The notes: a model not told the origin generated them from the letters alone. Shown: positions 1 to 9,528, counted from the first letter of the stretch. The stretch is 57,604 nucleotides of DNA from Deltaproteobacteria bacterium (GCA_016283195.1 JAEEML010000063.1:1-57604); one strand, 5' to 3'. Made by a program: numbers and translations.

Positions 1-83
1 CAATCCAGCATTTCATCGCGGATTTGCTCCAAAACAGGCATGGGAAGAACGGCAGGGCCAGCATTAAAATTGTGTGCACGCAT
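1..83 (-). CDS. serC: Phosphoserine aminotransferase, 5' end only (runs off window)
   Basis: Minus strand from ATG at 83 reads MRAHNFNAGPAVLPMPVLEQIRDEMLD, the typical SerC N-terminus (NFxAGPAxLP); AGGAGG RBS at 91-96. Not in the ORF track. Confidence 0.9.
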   Translation of the reverse strand, partial: MRAHNFNAGPAVLPMPVLEQIRDEMLD

Positions 84-176
84 TGAAAAACCTCCTGAAT
101 GGGTGTAAAGTCACCCGTGTTTGGTGTGAGAGCATATATTGCCCGGCGCCACAAATCAACCAGGAAAGGAACTTTT

Positions 177-1253
177 ATGAGCGACGGCGGCACCGGCGAG
201 AAAACGGAAGAACCTACCCCGCAGCGCCTTAGGCAAATGCGCGAACAGGGTAATGTTTGCAAAAGCCAAGATATTACTCAGGCGGCTATTTTACTAATTA
301 CTTTTGCCGCTCTGGCTGGTACGGTCGTCTCTATTGGCGAAGAGCTGATTGAATTTTGCAATTATTCTTTCCATGCGGCCATGAGTTTTACCACCGAGGA
401 TGGCATGGCTATTATTCCCCGCCTGATGGATCAGGCTATAACCAGCATGTTTATGTGCATCTTGCCAGTTTGTGCCGTAGCTTTTGTGGTGGCTCTTGTG
501 GCTAATTATGCCCAGGTAGGCGTGCTTTTTACCACTAAGCCCCTAACGCCGGATATTAAAAAGCTCAATCCCGTTCAGGGCTTCAAAAATATGTTTAACA
601 AAAAAAAGCTGGTGGAATTATTAAAAAACCTGGTGAAGCTCACGGTGGTTTTTTACCTCGCTTATGATTCCATAAAATCGGTTATTCGCGATGTGGTTTT
701 GGTTTTAAGAGCGCCTCTCATGGTGGGCGTGGGGCTTATCGGCAATATTATTTATGACATGGTTATTAGAATTTCTGCTGTATTTATCGTGATTTCTGCC
801 GCTGATTATTTTTGGCAACGCCACGTTTATAAAAAGGACAACATGATGTCTAAATACGACGTTAAGCAGGAATACAAGCAGTCCGAAGGTGATCCGCAAA
901 TCAAAGGCAAGCGCAAACAATTCCACCAGGAACTCATGAACAGCGCCTCGCCGGCCAAGGTAAAAAAGGCCGATGCCGTTATTGTGAATCCGCATAATAT
1001 TGCCGTAGCTATTCAGTATGACAAGGAGGGCAGTGGGGCGCCCATTATTGTGGCTAAAGGTGAGCGTCTTTTAGCTGATCAAATAAAAGCGGCCGCCAAA
1101 AAATACGGCGTGCCCATTTTGCGCAATGTGCCTCTGGCTCAGGCTTTAAATAAGCTGGAAGTGGGTGACGATATCCCCGAAGAGCTCTATGATGCCGTGG
1201 CCGAAGTTCTCACTTTTGTCTATCAGCTGGCCGAAGAACAAAAGAAACGCTAA
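177..1253 (+). CDS. EscU/YscU/HrcU/FlhB-family type III export apparatus switch protein
   Basis: EKTEEPTPQRL N-terminus, four hydrophobic segments, KLNPVQGFK, VKQEYKQSEGDP, NPHN at the NPTH position, IPEELYDAVAEVL. Start moved to ATG 177 after AGGAAAGGA. Confidence 0.92.
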   Translation: MSDGGTGEKTEEPTPQRLRQMREQGNVCKSQDITQAAILLITFAALAGTVVSIGEELIEFCNYSFHAAMSFTTEDGMAIIPRLMDQAITSMFMCILPVCAVAFVVALVANYAQVGVLFTTKPLTPDIKKLNPVQGFKNMFNKKKLVELLKNLVKLTVVFYLAYDSIKSVIRDVVLVLRAPLMVGVGLIGNIIYDMVIRISAVFIVISAADYFWQRHVYKKDNMMSKYDVKQEYKQSEGDPQIKGKRKQFHQELMNSASPAKVKKADAVIVNPHNIAVAIQYDKEGSGAPIIVAKGERLLADQIKAAAKKYGVPILRNVPLAQALNKLEVGDDIPEELYDAVAEVLTFVYQLAEEQKKR

Positions 1254-1355
1254 AAGATTAAATCCAGCTCTTTTATCCCACCACTTGACACTATAAAAAC
1301 CGGTCTTAATGTGTAAAGGCGGCTGGTTTTGGGTAGCCGCTTACGGAGTAATAAA

Positions 1356-1673
1356 ATGATTATTCATGCTGATGACACTAATTTTAAAAGTGAAGTTTTA
1401 GAGAGCAAACTGCCTGTTTTAGTTGATTTTTACACCAGCTGGTGCGGTCCTTGCAAAATGCTGGCTCCAGTGCTTGAAGAGCTGGAAGCCAAATATGACG
1501 GCCGCCTTAAAGTGGTAAAAGTAAACGCCGAGGAAGCTATGGATATCAGCGAAGAATACGGCATTATGTCGGTGCCCACACTGCTCATGTTTACCGGCGG
1601 TCAGCCCATAGATGAGCTTGGCGGTGCATTGCCCTTGGCCAAGTTAGAAGAATTTGTCGGCAAGTATATATAA
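1356..1673 (+). CDS. trxA: Thioredoxin
   Basis: VLVDFYTSWCGPCKML active site, SVPTL cis-Pro motif; ATG 1356 after GGAG. Confidence 0.95.
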   Translation: MIIHADDTNFKSEVLESKLPVLVDFYTSWCGPCKMLAPVLEELEAKYDGRLKVVKVNAEEAMDISEEYGIMSVPTLLMFTGGQPIDELGGALPLAKLEEFVGKYI

Positions 1674-1696
1674 AGCATAAAAGTAGCACCGTATAT

Positions 1697-2266
1697 TTAG
1701 GTGCTATAAATTTTTACTAGATCCTTTATTGAATTTTCTGACCAATGTTCATTGGGCCAGAAAAAATATTCATTCTTCCGCTTTTTAAATATTCTGAATG
1801 GCTCAGTAGAATTATCGTAAATATGCACAATGTCACAAATTTTTATCAGTTCTGGTATTAGATTTAATGCTTTCTTGTAGCGCGAAATAATTTTTTCTCT
1901 TGGAACTGTATGGCCACCAAGAGCCACACGAGATTCGACACGAGAAATATTTATGCCGTAATCACAAGTCAGCACATAGATGCAGCGGATAAAATAACCG
2001 GCCTCTTTAGCCCTCTTTAAAAGCTTTAAATTGCGGTCAGTAGAAAGAACCGTTTCAAATGTAAAACTGGCATTTTGGGAAAAAGCTGATTCGCGCATTT
2101 TTTCTGCAATTTGCGCAGCTTCCAAATCTGAGCAATAATTCGCCTGCTTTATATTGTCAGCGTTAATATAAGGTTCTATTATTTTTGCGAGCCTTGTAAT
2201 TGTTGATTTTCCGCTTCCGTTTGGGCCGGCGAAAACGATTATTTCAGGTTTTCGCACTTCAGACAT
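1697..2266 (-). CDS. Zeta-toxin-like / AAA_33 P-loop NTPase
   Basis: AGPNGSGKST Walker A, YINADNI, SFTFETVLS, RVALGGHTVP..I..RY and IYDNS motifs of the short zeta-like ATPase family; AT-rich. Confidence 0.85.
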   Translation of the reverse strand: MSEVRKPEIIVFAGPNGSGKSTITRLAKIIEPYINADNIKQANYCSDLEAAQIAEKMRESAFSQNASFTFETVLSTDRNLKLLKRAKEAGYFIRCIYVLTCDYGINISRVESRVALGGHTVPREKIISRYKKALNLIPELIKICDIVHIYDNSTEPFRIFKKRKNEYFFWPNEHWSENSIKDLVKIYST

Positions 2267-2459
2267 TTATATATTCTTTGTGGCCATCAGCATACTCAAG
2301 ATATGCGCGTTTTTTTTGAACATCGTAACCAGAAATTGGGACGCCCTTTATTTTTTTTGCCTCATTGTCCAAGCGGATAGCCTCTTTAAAGCGGTATGTC
2401 AAATCATCATCAGAAACACCACAGGTAAAATCAAGTTCATTTACTGTGTCTTGTTCCAT
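2259..2459 (-). CDS. Small protein overlapping the zeta-like ATPase start (putative antitoxin/partner)
   Basis: 66-aa ORF from ATG 2459 (AAGGGGA RBS), ending GVPISGYD..K.AYLEYADGHKEY; overlaps the downstream gene by 8 nt. Confidence 0.7.
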   Translation of the reverse strand: MEQDTVNELDFTCGVSDDDLTYRFKEAIRLDNEAKKIKGVPISGYDVQKKRAYLEYADGHKEYINV

Positions 2460-2598
2460 ATAAGTCCCCTTATTGATGGTCAAAGCTATTCGGCATATAT
2501 GCCAAATTAACCATAGACATCTCAATGTTACCATAATTAACGTTAGTTTCTCAACTAGCTCATTTTTGCCAATGGGGACTAAAATTCAGGCAAATTTA

Positions 2599-3897
2599 TT
2601 ATTGTCCCAATATAGTAGCGGCCGGCCAGCCCTGGCGCTGCCAGTATTTGAGCCTAGCAATATTAAGCTCATATTGCTGGCGTAAGTGCCGCACTTTGGC
2701 CACTTGGTGGCTCTTTCTGCTTTCGATGACCGTAAGAGCGCTGCCTTTGCCATTTTGGTAATCACCCATATCGAGAGTTAAGCGGGCTTCGGCCAGAGTA
2801 GCCTGCTTTTCATAGAGCTTAGAAAGGGCGCTTATTTGGCGCATATCTTCCATGGCCAGGCGCTCTTCGCGAGCTAAAGTTTGCTTTTGCTCTTCATAGG
2901 CCAGGCGGGCGCTTCGGGCGGCAGCTTTTTGCGTTTTGATGCCGGCAATGAGCGAATAATTAAAGAGCGGAATAGAGAGAGTAACAGCGACGCCCAGCGC
3001 CAAGGTATTATCGCCCTCCGGCTTTAGCGGCCAGGTGGCGCCTATTTGCCAGTTGCTTATTAGCGAGGGAATATAATTAAAGCGTGAGCTCTTTAGCTCC
3101 TGCTCGGCGATAGCCAGCGATTTTTGGGCCAAAGTGAGCTCCAAATGCTCCGGCGCATTGCCCTCCGGCTCTTTGAGAAAATTATTTATATTTTCAGTAT
3201 GTTCCGGAGCGATAGGCCCATCTTGAGCCAAAATTTCACCCAAAGTTTCGCATTGTTCTATGTAATTTTTGCGGGCGGCTAAATATTCCTGTTGCAAAGA
3301 GATTAATTCCATTTGCGCCGCTAGTTCCTCGCTGGCACTGCCGATGCCGGAGGCAATGCGCCAGGCGGCAATCTGGCTCTGGGCCAAGATGGCGCCCGCT
3401 TCCTCGCGCAAAAGTTTTAATAAAAGAGCGATGCTCTCGGCTTGCAGGTAAGCGACAGTGAGTTTATAGGCCACTTCCTGGCGGATATATTCGGTATTTA
3501 TCTGGTCTTTTTGATAGCGCAAATTGCGGGCGCTAAAGGCGCTCCAGCTGCCCACATCAATGAGCGGCAGCCAGAGATTGGCTGTGCCGCTTAAAGTATG
3601 GGTCGGTTCTTTGTCCGGCACAACGGTGCGATTACCTCTATAAGCGGCCTCGGCGCTGATGCGCGGCAAAAATCCGGCCAGCCCTTGATCTTTACCGGCC
3701 TTGGAGCTCTCTTCGGCCATGAGCGCCTTTTGGACGGCAAAGCTCTCTTCCTGCGCTTTTTCCAGCATATTCTTGAGCGACATGGTTGTAGCGGCGGGCG
3801 GGGCGGGGAAGAGCTCTTCCAGATAGCTAGCATCAATATCGCTGGCAGCGTCGCCTAGGGCAAGAACCAGGGTTGTAAAGAAAATAAAATTCATCAT
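2599..3897 (-). CDS. TolC-family outer membrane efflux protein
   Basis: Signal peptide; two OEP-like repeats (FLPRISAEA..LWLPL; YIPSLIS..LSIPLFN); YQNGKGSALTVIES motif. Confidence 0.85.
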   Translation of the reverse strand: MMNFIFFTTLVLALGDAASDIDASYLEELFPAPPAATTMSLKNMLEKAQEESFAVQKALMAEESSKAGKDQGLAGFLPRISAEAAYRGNRTVVPDKEPTHTLSGTANLWLPLIDVGSWSAFSARNLRYQKDQINTEYIRQEVAYKLTVAYLQAESIALLLKLLREEAGAILAQSQIAAWRIASGIGSASEELAAQMELISLQQEYLAARKNYIEQCETLGEILAQDGPIAPEHTENINNFLKEPEGNAPEHLELTLAQKSLAIAEQELKSSRFNYIPSLISNWQIGATWPLKPEGDNTLALGVAVTLSIPLFNYSLIAGIKTQKAAARSARLAYEEQKQTLAREERLAMEDMRQISALSKLYEKQATLAEARLTLDMGDYQNGKGSALTVIESRKSHQVAKVRHLRQQYELNIARLKYWQRQGWPAATILGQ

Positions 3898-3922
3898 CTA
3901 TCTTTGTGCCTCATTTTCGCTG

Positions 3923-3938
3923 GCTATAATCATGCCTC
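3923..3938 (-). promoter_or_regulatory. Putative sigma54 (-24/-12) promoter of tolC
   Basis: Minus strand GAGGCATGATTATAGC: GG-N10-GC spacing, an imperfect match to TGGCAC-N5-TTGC, ~25 nt upstream of the ATG. Confidence 0.45.
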
Positions 3939-4044
3939 TAAGTGGACAAAATAGTTTAGCGACTATAGCCACGCGCCCGGCAATTTTTGAATATATGGGC
4001 TCTTTTAGTCAACTAAAAAGACAGAGTGCAAAACTAGGCAAAAA

Positions 4045-4065
4045 TAAGTGCAGTTTTGGCGCTTT
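4045..4065. promoter_or_regulatory. Palindromic motif, candidate enhancer-binding-protein site (copy upstream of tolC)
   Basis: TAAGTGCAGTTTTGGCGCTTT matches the reverse complement of 9508-9528 at 18/21 positions. Confidence 0.5.
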
Positions 4066-4250
4066 GTACTTCTCTTGAGCGGGCTACCACCAACCATCTC
4101 GCTCATTGGCAAATCTACCTGCCTATGCTAAAAGAGTTTTCTTAATAGTGCCGGGCTAAAAGCCCTAAAGGGCGCTAAGTTGGTTGATTCTAGGTTACAA
4201 AAAGGGGCTTTTTAGCCCCAAGTGATTTTGCGCTTACCAGGAGTTTAATC

Positions 4251-5093
4251 ATGACGGCAGAAAATTTTGTTCCCTCTAATGCCCAAAAAAATCTGTATAC
4301 TCTCTTTATTACCATGTTCATTTTGTCCTGGATTGCCTCAATGATTCTATTATTCTTATATTCCGAAACGATTATAAGCTATTTTACTTTGCATATTATG
4401 CAAAATAAAGCCGATATGCTTTTTATCCCTGGTAAAGCCAAGGTAGCTTTGGGGCTTTCCGGCTGGTTCCTTTTATTTTTACCAATATATTATTTCTTTT
4501 ACGGCATATTCGTTGTGCTCCTTCGCCAGCGTGATACAGTCAACTACTTTGATGAAGAATTTAAAAAGAATTACGCTATGCGCAAAATCAGAGGCAGTAC
4601 TGGTTCTTTTGAAGGCGATAAATTTATACTTTATGTGTTTATCGCCATAGCGGCGGTTATTTTTCCGTTTAGTCTCTTTTGCACTGTGAAAGTCACCGAT
4701 GAGGGCATTTCGCAAAAAGATTTATTTGCCCTAAGCGCCAAGCAAATAGCCTGGAGCGATATTTATGGAATCGAGCTTAGCCTAGGGGTGAAAACCGTAA
4801 GAAGAAACAAGTCTACAGAAAAAACAGCAGATATAAAATACATTGTTTTTTCATCACGCGGCAAATTTGATTTGATGGAAAGTATAAACTACAAACAATT
4901 TGATGATGATTTAATTAAATTTTCTCAAAAACTCTTCGCTAAAAATAAAGATGTAAATATCTCTCTCGAGTGCGATTTTTCCGGAGAGAATCTGCGTTAT
5001 TTGCGGAAAATTATTAATGGGGAAAAGCGCCTAAAAAGAGTCTATAATTATTTGCAGCAACAAATACCCGATCGGCCGGGATCAAACTTCTGA
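4251..5093 (+). CDS. Hypothetical membrane protein (3 TM helices plus soluble C-terminal domain)
   Basis: 280-aa ORF with AGGAG RBS, three hydrophobic segments, AT-rich; lies antisense between the RND and tolC genes. Confidence 0.75.
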   Translation: MTAENFVPSNAQKNLYTLFITMFILSWIASMILLFLYSETIISYFTLHIMQNKADMLFIPGKAKVALGLSGWFLLFLPIYYFFYGIFVVLLRQRDTVNYFDEEFKKNYAMRKIRGSTGSFEGDKFILYVFIAIAAVIFPFSLFCTVKVTDEGISQKDLFALSAKQIAWSDIYGIELSLGVKTVRRNKSTEKTADIKYIVFSSRGKFDLMESINYKQFDDDLIKFSQKLFAKNKDVNISLECDFSGENLRYLRKIINGEKRLKRVYNYLQQQIPDRPGSNF

Positions 5094-8000
5094 AATCTCT
5101 TCCCCGGATTTCATTTTATCGCGCCACTCTTCCACAATGGTGTAAAGCACCGGCACCAGGCTCAAAATAAAGATGGTGGAAGCCAAAATACCAAAACTTA
5201 AGCTGACAGCCATGGGAATCATCATTTGCGCCTCGGCCGAAGTCTCGGTAATCATGGGTGCCAGGCCGCAAAAGGTGGTGACTGAGGTGAGCATGATGGG
5301 GCGGAAACGGCGCACTGCCGCCGCCTTGGCCGCTTCCATGGGGCTTAGCCCCTCTTTGCGCAGCTCGTTGGCTGTGGTGGTTAGCAAAATGGAATCGTTG
5401 ACCACCACGCCGGCCAAGGCAATGAGGCCCATATAGCTAAACATACTCATGGGCATATTAAGAAAATAGTGGGCCAGCACCGAACCGACTATGCCAAAGG
5501 GAATGGCCGACATGACCACTAGTAGCGGCTGTAAATAACTTTTGAGCGGAATGGCAATAAGCGTGTAAATAGCAATAACGGCCATAATGAGGCCCATAAT
5601 TAAAAAGCGCTGAAATTCGGCCATATCTTCCTGGCGGCCGCGCAGGCCATAAGAGAGACCATGATATTTTTGGGCGAGCCCGGGCATGACTTTGGCCGAA
5701 AATTCTTTAAAAATTTCCTGGGCATTAAAGCGCGTTTCGTCAACGGCCGCCTGCACGCGCAAATTGCGCCGCCCATCGGTGCGTGAGATGGAACGATAAG
5801 CGTGCCCCTTTTCCAGGCGGGCAGCGAGAGCCAGCGGCATTTCGCCGCCGCCGGGCGTAGTCAAAATAAAGTCATCTATAGTGGAGAGCGAGCGGCGCTC
5901 CTCCCGCGGATAACTCACCAGAACTTTTACTTCACTGCGCCCGCGCTGTTGGCGCAGAGCCTCGGCGCCATAATAAGCAGCTCTAAGCTGTGAGCCGATA
6001 TTCTGGGCCGTTAGGCCGGCATCGGCGCCCATGGGGGTAATGTGGTAACTATATTGCGGCTTGCCGTCCATTACGCCGTCATCGGCCTCTGTCACGCCGC
6101 TAAAGGTGAGCAGGGCGGCGGCGGCCTCTTTGGCGGCGGCTTCTAAAGTAGCGGTATCGCTGTGCGAAATAGTAAAATCAATGGGGCGGTTCATGCCGTG
6201 GCGGTCGGCGCTGAAAACCAGATTATCCACGCCTACTATGTGCCCCAGCTTTTTTGACCAGATACTGGCAAATTCCTTGGAAGACATGGTGCGCTCTTCC
6301 ATGGATTTTAAGAGCACGGTAACGGTTACCAAATGGCCGCCGGAAGTGCTGCTGCCGCGGCCAAAGCCCACCATGGACATAATGCCTTTGGAAATATTTT
6401 CCGGCAATTCACTAAGCGCTTCATTGGCCGCTTTAATGAGCTCTTTTTCCACCACTTTGCTCTCACTGAAGGGCGATCCGTAGGGGAGTTCCGCCTGGGC
6501 GATAACTTCGTCGCGGTCGCCGCCTGGGCGATCGATGGTTTTTATGCGCCCGCCCAGATAAAGCCCCAAAGTTATTAAGAGAATCATGATAGCCACCGAG
6601 ATGGTAGCCCAGCGGCCGCGAATGGTGAGATTGACAAATGGGGTATAATATTTATCAATAGCGGCATTAAAAAGGGTGCCGACTTTATTTGATAGCATCG
6701 TGGGTAATTTAATAAATCCGCGCGCTTTCATCGGTGTTTCGGCAATATGGGCCGGCAAAATAAAAAGCGCTTCGGCGAGGCTTATGCTTAAAACGGCGAT
6801 GACAATCACCGGAATGGCATATTGCATCTGCCCCATGCGCCCGGGAGTAAAGAGCAGCGGGGCAAAAGCCACAATAGTGGTGAGCACCGAAAAAACAATG
6901 GGTGCGGCCATTTGGCGGGTACCGATAATTGAAGCTTTTAAAGCCGGCATACCCTTTTGGCGCAGATGGTAAATATTTTCGCCTATAGAGATGGCATCAT
7001 CAACTACCATGCCGAGCACTACAATAAAGGCAAACATGGACATCATGTTAAAAGTGACGCCAAAGAAGGGGAGTAGCAAAAAGGAGCCCAAGAAAGAGAT
7101 GGGAATACCGAGCGAGACCCAAAAAGCCAGGCGCGGCTCCAAAAAGAGGCCAAGAATCACTAGCACCAGCACCAGGCCCTGGCCCAGATTTTGCATTAAA
7201 AGTTTTAAGCGGCCGCTAAACATTTTGCCCCGGTCATCCCAGGTGGTGACATGCAAAGTTTCCGGCAGGCGGCTTTTTAGCTCGTCTAAATAGGCATTCA
7301 CTGTCTGAGCTACTTCGCTGGGGGAGTAGGTGGTCATGGCATAGACGCTCAAAAAGACAGCCGGCTGGCCGTTAAAGCTGGTTTCCATATCTTGGTCATC
7401 AAAACCATCAATAATTTTAGCTAGTTCGCCGAGTTTGCGAATTTGTCCGTTGCCTTCGGTGATGATGGGGATTTCGGCAAATTCCAGGGCTCCTTCGCGC
7501 CGCTCGTTGACGCGCACCAACACTTCGCCCGTTTCGTCTTTAATGCCGCCGGCCGGGAGCTCTATGGAAGCGGTTTTTATTTTGGCGGCAATATCGGCCA
7601 GAGTGAGGCCGTATTGGCGGATAATATCTTTGGAAACTTCCACGCGGATTTCATAAGCGCTGACGCCGGAAATATCCACTGTGGAGACGCCCGTTAAATT
7701 AGTGAGCTGCTCTTGCAGATCCTCGGCGGCCATGCGCAGCTGCACATTGCTCACGTTGCCATAGATGACCATGCTGATAACACCGCGTTTTCTTTGCGGA
7801 ATACTTACTTGATAGCGCTCGGCTTCCTGCGGTAGAGAGGTGATGCGATCCACCGCGCCGCGAATATCCATCAGCGCTTTTTGCGTATCGGATCCGCGTT
7901 CCAGCTCGGCACTTATTACGGCACTGCCCTCGGAGGCGGTGGAAGTAATGCGCTTTACATGTTCCACCTCGCGCACCGCTTCTTCCACAGCCAGAATAAT

Positions 8001-8207
8001 GCCGCGTTCCACCTCTTCCGGGCTGGCGCCGGGGTAGGGCACCTGGATGCGCACTTCATCGGGCTCTATTTCCGGAAAAACCTCTTTAGTAATGCCGATA
8101 GCCGAGACAATACCGGCGGCTACAATACCCACCATCAGCAGATTGGCGGCCACCGGATTTTGGGCCATCCAGGCAATGGGGCCTCTCTCCTCCCGGCTCT
8201 CGCTCAT
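5082..8207 (-). CDS. RND efflux transporter, AcrB/AcrD/AcrF family
   Basis: NPVAANLLM start, YPGASPEEVE, GMVVDDAI proton-relay motif, GVVVNDSI, RFRPIMLTS; 1041 aa. Confidence 0.95.
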   Translation of the reverse strand: MSESREERGPIAWMAQNPVAANLLMVGIVAAGIVSAIGITKEVFPEIEPDEVRIQVPYPGASPEEVERGIILAVEEAVREVEHVKRITSTASEGSAVISAELERGSDTQKALMDIRGAVDRITSLPQEAERYQVSIPQRKRGVISMVIYGNVSNVQLRMAAEDLQEQLTNLTGVSTVDISGVSAYEIRVEVSKDIIRQYGLTLADIAAKIKTASIELPAGGIKDETGEVLVRVNERREGALEFAEIPIITEGNGQIRKLGELAKIIDGFDDQDMETSFNGQPAVFLSVYAMTTYSPSEVAQTVNAYLDELKSRLPETLHVTTWDDRGKMFSGRLKLLMQNLGQGLVLVLVILGLFLEPRLAFWVSLGIPISFLGSFLLLPFFGVTFNMMSMFAFIVVLGMVVDDAISIGENIYHLRQKGMPALKASIIGTRQMAAPIVFSVLTTIVAFAPLLFTPGRMGQMQYAIPVIVIAVLSISLAEALFILPAHIAETPMKARGFIKLPTMLSNKVGTLFNAAIDKYYTPFVNLTIRGRWATISVAIMILLITLGLYLGGRIKTIDRPGGDRDEVIAQAELPYGSPFSESKVVEKELIKAANEALSELPENISKGIMSMVGFGRGSSTSGGHLVTVTVLLKSMEERTMSSKEFASIWSKKLGHIVGVDNLVFSADRHGMNRPIDFTISHSDTATLEAAAKEAAAALLTFSGVTEADDGVMDGKPQYSYHITPMGADAGLTAQNIGSQLRAAYYGAEALRQQRGRSEVKVLVSYPREERRSLSTIDDFILTTPGGGEMPLALAARLEKGHAYRSISRTDGRRNLRVQAAVDETRFNAQEIFKEFSAKVMPGLAQKYHGLSYGLRGRQEDMAEFQRFLIMGLIMAVIAIYTLIAIPLKSYLQPLLVVMSAIPFGIVGSVLAHYFLNMPMSMFSYMGLIALAGVVVNDSILLTTTANELRKEGLSPMEAAKAAAVRRFRPIMLTSVTTFCGLAPMITETSAEAQMMIPMAVSLSFGILASTIFILSLVPVLYTIVEEWRDKMKSGEEISEV

Positions 8208-8208
8208 G

Positions 8209-9369
8209 CTATTTGCCCTCCACTATATTGACGGGCATTCCGGGAACAGGCAGGGCCAGGCGGCTGGTGATAATACGTTCGGAGAGGTCTAAGCCCTCGG
8301 CATTTAAATAATAATAATCTTTATCGTTAAAAAGAGGATTTACCGGCCGCTCGGCCAGCTTGCCGGCGGCGTCCACCACCCAGATGATGTTGTTTTCGCG
8401 CAGGGAGAGGCGCGGAATACGCACAATATCTTCCACTTTGTTGCCAATGATAGTGCAATTTACCACGGTGCCTATTAGGAGCTTATCGGCACCTTTTTGC
8501 GGCACGGTTATTAAGAGCTGCGCCAGTTGGCTTTTCTCCTTTAAATCCGGGTAAGTGGATTTTACCCGCCCGCGCATGGTGTTATTTAGGCCGGTAGTTT
8601 GCGAGTTTACCTCAACTATTGAGCCGCTAGGCTCGCCATTTTGGGGAATAGATATATATTTTAGCTGATTTAGCATAATGGAAGCCACTACATAGACTTC
8701 TTCATCGCCCACCAGCTCTAAAAGCGTGCTGCCGCCGGAGACCACCTGGCCCTTATCCACATAGATGCTCTTTACGACAGCGGCAAAAGGAGCCCGCACT
8801 TCGGTGCGTTTTAATTGCAATTTGGCGAGCTCCAGTTTGCTCATGGCGCTGTCCAGCTGGGCCTTCGCGCTTTCCACATAGGCTTTGCGCGAGGCCAGAC
8901 GCTTGCCGCTATCACTAACGCCTACGCCGCGTTTATCTAATAATTTCAGCTCATTACTTGCTGCGGCTGCCAGGGCTTTCTGCTCTTCCAGCGCTACTTT
9001 GGCCTGGGCTACGGCGGCTTCCTGCTGCCTTAAATTTATTTGATAATCACGCTTATCTAGGGAGAGAATCAGCTCATCTTCTTTAAAATGGCCGCCCACA
9101 AAGAGTTTTGGGCTTAAATAGGTGATTTTGCCGCCTACTTCGGGGATGACTTTTACCGCCAGCTTGGCTTTTACTTCGCCCATTACTTCGATGTGCGGCT
9201 CATAGCTTGCTTTTTGCGGGGTTATGACAGTGGCGGAAACTTGCATCGGGGCCGCCGGTGCCGGCCTGGGGCGCTTTTTGGAGCCCAAAAGGTGCCAAAA
9301 GGTGAAGACGCCGACGCCGAGGGCTATAATTATAATGAGTGGCTTTATAAGTGCTTTAAAAACTTTCAT
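8209..9369 (-). CDS. RND periplasmic adaptor (membrane fusion protein)
   Basis: N-terminal TM anchor, PEVGGKI lipoyl half, alpha-hairpin, RTEVRAPFAAVV, IPRLSLR; start moved to MKVFKAL (ATG 9369). Confidence 0.92.
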   Translation of the reverse strand: MKVFKALIKPLIIIIALGVGVFTFWHLLGSKKRPRPAPAAPMQVSATVITPQKASYEPHIEVMGEVKAKLAVKVIPEVGGKITYLSPKLFVGGHFKEDELILSLDKRDYQINLRQQEAAVAQAKVALEEQKALAAAASNELKLLDKRGVGVSDSGKRLASRKAYVESAKAQLDSAMSKLELAKLQLKRTEVRAPFAAVVKSIYVDKGQVVSGGSTLLELVGDEEVYVVASIMLNQLKYISIPQNGEPSGSIVEVNSQTTGLNNTMRGRVKSTYPDLKEKSQLAQLLITVPQKGADKLLIGTVVNCTIIGNKVEDIVRIPRLSLRENNIIWVVDAAGKLAERPVNPLFNDKDYYYLNAEGLDLSERIITSRLALPVPGMPVNIVEGK

Positions 9370-9421
9370 AACAGTAACCTGATTCCGGGGGACAACTTTC
9401 GCCAAACCCCAGATGAATATT

Positions 9422-9438
9422 AGCAAGAATTATGCCAA
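9422..9438 (-). promoter_or_regulatory. Sigma54 (RpoN) -24/-12 promoter of the MFP-RND operon
   Basis: Minus strand TTGGCATAATTCTTGCT, a near-perfect TGGCAC-N5-TTGC match, ~50 nt upstream of the ATG. Confidence 0.75.
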
Positions 9439-9507
9439 CCTGCGGCTAGAGAGTTACTAGGCCAAATTATTAAACTTCGCAATAGCTTAACGAAAGCGGA
9501 AAAGAAA

Positions 9508-9528
9508 AAAGTGCCAAAATTGCACTTT
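9508..9528. promoter_or_regulatory. Palindromic candidate enhancer (NtrC-family-like site) upstream of the sigma54 promoter
   Basis: AAAGTGCCAAAATTGCACTTT dyad, ~70-90 bp upstream of the -24 element. Confidence 0.55.

Noticed and set aside
99-176. Longer N-terminus of the SctU/FlhB ORF (and similar extensions at 1329, 2534, 9426, 16441, 23683, 41354, 48854)
   Set aside because: Family homology and the RBS begin at the downstream start codons.
5173-8554. Many plus-strand ORFs inside the RND/MFP genes (likewise inside MMPL, atp, M3 peptidase and other genes)
   Set aside because: Antisense or alternate-frame shadows of well-supported genes, with no motifs or RBS.
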